This document shows, one piece after another, positions 61,101 through 64,000 of a stretch of 64,000 bases of DNA. Each line of letters opens with the position of its first letter. Position 1 is the stretch's first letter. This DNA comes from Mobula birostris (lineage: Eukaryota), in contig NC_092384.1 of NCBI RefSeq assembly GCF_030028105.1, positions 13,031,027-13,095,026 of the forward strand. The letters run 5' to 3'. The position numbers and the translations under genes were made by a program. The notes below the pieces were generated by a model. The model was not told the DNA's origin and did no database searches. It was given only the letters and a program-made list of their open reading frames with translations.

Positions 61101-64000
61101 AGCACTGCATGCATGGAGAAATCAACTTTTTTGTCTTCGATACCTGATTAATATAACAGGTGTCAAACATCTCAGGATCATGAGGGGAGTTACGTTAAGG
61201 TGTTTCCATAAGGTTTGCAGTCAGTACCTTTGAGTAAAATTGAAATGTATACTTCTTTCAATGCCAATGCGCAGTATACGCTGAGAAATCAACTTTTTTA
61301 TCTTGAACAGCTGAGTGATATAACAGGTGTCATACATCTCAGGATCATGTCGGGAGTTATGTTAAGATGTTTCCATTAGGTATACAGTCAGTAGTTTTCA
61401 GTAACATTGAAATACATACACCTTTTAATGCCAAAGCACTGTATCCCTGAGATATCGACTTTATTATCTTGAAGATCTGAATGTTGGAACAGGTCTTAAA
61501 CAACTCAGAATCATATGGGGAGTGATGTTAACTTGTTTCCTTCGGTTTTGCATTCAGTACTATTGAGTAAAATTGAAATACATACTTCTCTGAATAAGCA
61601 CTGTATGCACTGAGAAATCAACTTTTTTATCGTGAATAGCTGAGTGATATAACAGGTGTCAAACAACTCAGGATCATATGGGGCGTTATATTAAGATGTT
61701 TCCATAGAATTTCCATTCAGTACTATAGAGTAAAATGGAAATATATACTTTTACTGCCAAAACTCTGCATATACTGTGAAATCAACATTTTTATCTTGAA
61801 TACCTGAGTGATATAACAGGTGTTAAACATCTCAGGATCATGTGGGGAGTTATGCTAAGATGTTTCCATAAGGTTTGCATTCATCACTTTAGAGTAAAAT
61901 TGAAATGTATACTTCATTCAATGCCAACGCACTCTATGCACCGAGAAATCAACTTTTTTGTCTTGAATACCTGAGTGATATAACAGGTGTCAAACATCTC
62001 AAGGTCATGTGTGGAGTTATGTTCAAATGTTTCCATTAGGTTTGCAGTCAGTAGTTTTGAGTAAAATTGAAATACATACACCTTTTAATGCCAAAGCATT
62101 GTATGGAAAGAGATATCAACTTTTTTATCTTGACGAGCTGAGTGATGTAACAGTTCTTAAACAAATCTGAATCATATGGGGAGTGATGTTAACTTGTTTC
62201 CTTCAGTTTTGCATTCAGTACTATTGAGTAAAATTGAAATACATACTTCTCTGAATACCAAAGCACTGTATGCACTGAGAAATCAACTTTCTCATCTTGA
62301 ATAGCTGAGTGATATAACAGGTGTCAAACATCTCAGGATCATTTGGGGAGTTATGTTAAAATATTTCCATAAGGTTTCCATTCAGTACTTTAGAGTAAAA
62401 TTGAAATATATACCTTTAGTGCCAGAGCACTGCATTCACTGAGAGATCACCTTTTTTGTCTTGAATAGCTGACTGATATAACAGGTGTGAAACATCTCAG
62501 GATCATGTTGGGAGTTATATTAAGATGTTTCCACAAGGTTTCCATTCAGTACTTTAGAGTAAAATTGAAATATATACTTTTAGTGCCAAAGCACTGCATG
62601 CACTGAGAAATCAACTTTTTTGTCTTCAATACCTGAGTAATATAACAGGTGTCAAACATCTCAGGATCATGTGGGGAGTTATGTTAAGATGTTTCCATAA
62701 GGTTTGCAGTCAGTACCTTTGAGTAAAATTGAAATTGTATACTTCTTTCAATGCCAATGCGCTGTATACGCTGAGAAATCTACTTTTTTATCTTGAACAG
62801 CTGAGTGATATAACAGGTGTCATACATCTCAGGATCATGTGGGGAGTTATGTTAAGATGTTTCCATTAGGTATGCCGACAGTAGTTTACAGTAACATTGA
62901 AATACATACACCTTTTAATGCCAAAGCACTGTATGGCCTGAGATATCAACTTCTTTATCTTAACGAGCTGAGTAATGTAACAGGTCTTAAACAATTCAGC
63001 ATCATATGCGGAGTGATGTTAACATGTTTCCTTCAGTTTTGCATTCAGTACCAGTGAGTAAAATTGAAATACATACCAAAGCACTGTTTGCACTGAGATA
63101 TCAACTTTATTATCTTGAAGAGCTGAGTGATGGAACAGGTCTTAAACAACTCAGAATCATATGGGGAGTGATGTTAACTTGTTTCCTTCAGTTTTGCATT
63201 CGGTACTATTGAGTAAAATTGAAATACATACTTCTCTTAAATACTTTTTTATCTTGAATAGCTGAGTGATATAGCAGGTGTCAAACATCTCAGATTCATG
63301 TGGGGAAATATATTAAGGTGTTTCCATAAGGTTTTCATTCAGTACTTTTGAGTAAAATTCAAATATATACATTTAGTGCAAAAGCACTGCATGCACTGAG
63401 AAATCAACTTTTTGGTCTTCAATACCTGAGTGATATAACAGGTGTCAAGCATCTCAGGATCATGTGGGTAGTTATATTAAGATTTGTCCATAAGGTTTGC
63501 AGTCAGTACCTTTGAGTAAAATTGAAATGTATACTTCATTCAATGCTAAAGCACTGTATGCACTGAGAAATCAACTTTTTTATCTTGAAGAGCTGAGTGA
63601 CATAACAAGTGCCAAACATCTCAGGATCATGTGGGGAGCTATGTTAACATGTTTCCATTAGGATTGCAGTCAGTACTATTGAGTAAATTGAAATAAGTAC
63701 ACCTTTTAATGCCAAAGCACTGTATGCAATGAGATATCAACTTTTTTATCTTGAAGTGCTGAGTGATGTATCAGGTCTTCAACAACTCAGAATAATATAG
63801 GGAGTGATCTTAACATGTTTCCGTCAGTTTTGTATTCAGTACCCTTGAGTAAAATTGAAATACATACTTCTCTTAATACCAAAGCACTGTATGCACTGAG
63901 AAATCAACTTTTTTATCTTGCATACCTGAGTGATATAACAGGTGTCAATCATCTCAGAATCATGTGGGGAGTTACGTTAAGATGTTTCCATAAGGTTTAC
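52150..64000. repeat. AT-rich tandem satellite, ~167-bp monomer, ~71 copies, continuing beyond the window
   Basis: The GAGTAAAATTGAAA anchor recurs at 52291, 52460, 52627, 52794, 52961, 53128, 53295, 53461 (spacing 166-169). Consensus GCACTGAGAAATCAACTTTTTTATCTTGAATAGCTGAGTGATATAACAGGTGTCAAACATCTCAGGATCATGTGGGGAGTTATGTTAAGATGTTTCCATAAGGTTTGCAGTCAGTACCTTTGAGTAAAATTGAAATGTATACTTCTTTCAATGCCAATGCACTGTAT. Confidence 0.97.

Noticed and set aside
52488-63212. Many 60-110 aa ORFs in the satellite
   Set aside because: They are translations of the tandem monomer, with recurring peptides and no coding signature.
52150-64000. CRISPR-like or RNA-gene tandem array
   Set aside because: Whole monomers are homologous with no unique spacers, and there are no 5S, U snRNA or tRNA motifs or Pol III boxes. 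It is a eukaryotic satellite.

Overview
Vertebrate genomic DNA, most likely from a cartilaginous fish such as a ray or skate. This is an inference from HE1/V-SINE-like SINEs and the mix of CR1, Rex1/Babar, RTE, L1, Gypsy and Penelope-type repeats. About 1-52 kb is a transposon-dense region containing a small + strand tandem cluster of immunoglobulin-superfamily receptor genes. One gene appears intact through the membrane: leader 34982-35036, V exon with a germline-joined J-like GxGTxLxV motif 35222-35530, C1-set exon 38613-38897, and uncharged TM exon 39290-39386. All splice phases join in frame, but I could not resolve its cytoplasmic exon(s). An older paralog (about 45% V identity by hand alignment) lies at 19128-29479. 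It is a pseudogene: the leader, V and C1 exons are frameshifted, a CR1 element is inserted in the C1 exon, and the probable TM exon has stops. Both V domains are unusually compact, with 53 residues between the canonical cysteines. From about 52150 to the window end is an AT-rich tandem satellite with a ~167-bp monomer (~71 copies) and higher-order variant structure; it begins inside an LTR. No CRISPR, rRNA or prokaryotic features are present. No database searches were run, so family assignments rest on recognised motifs.
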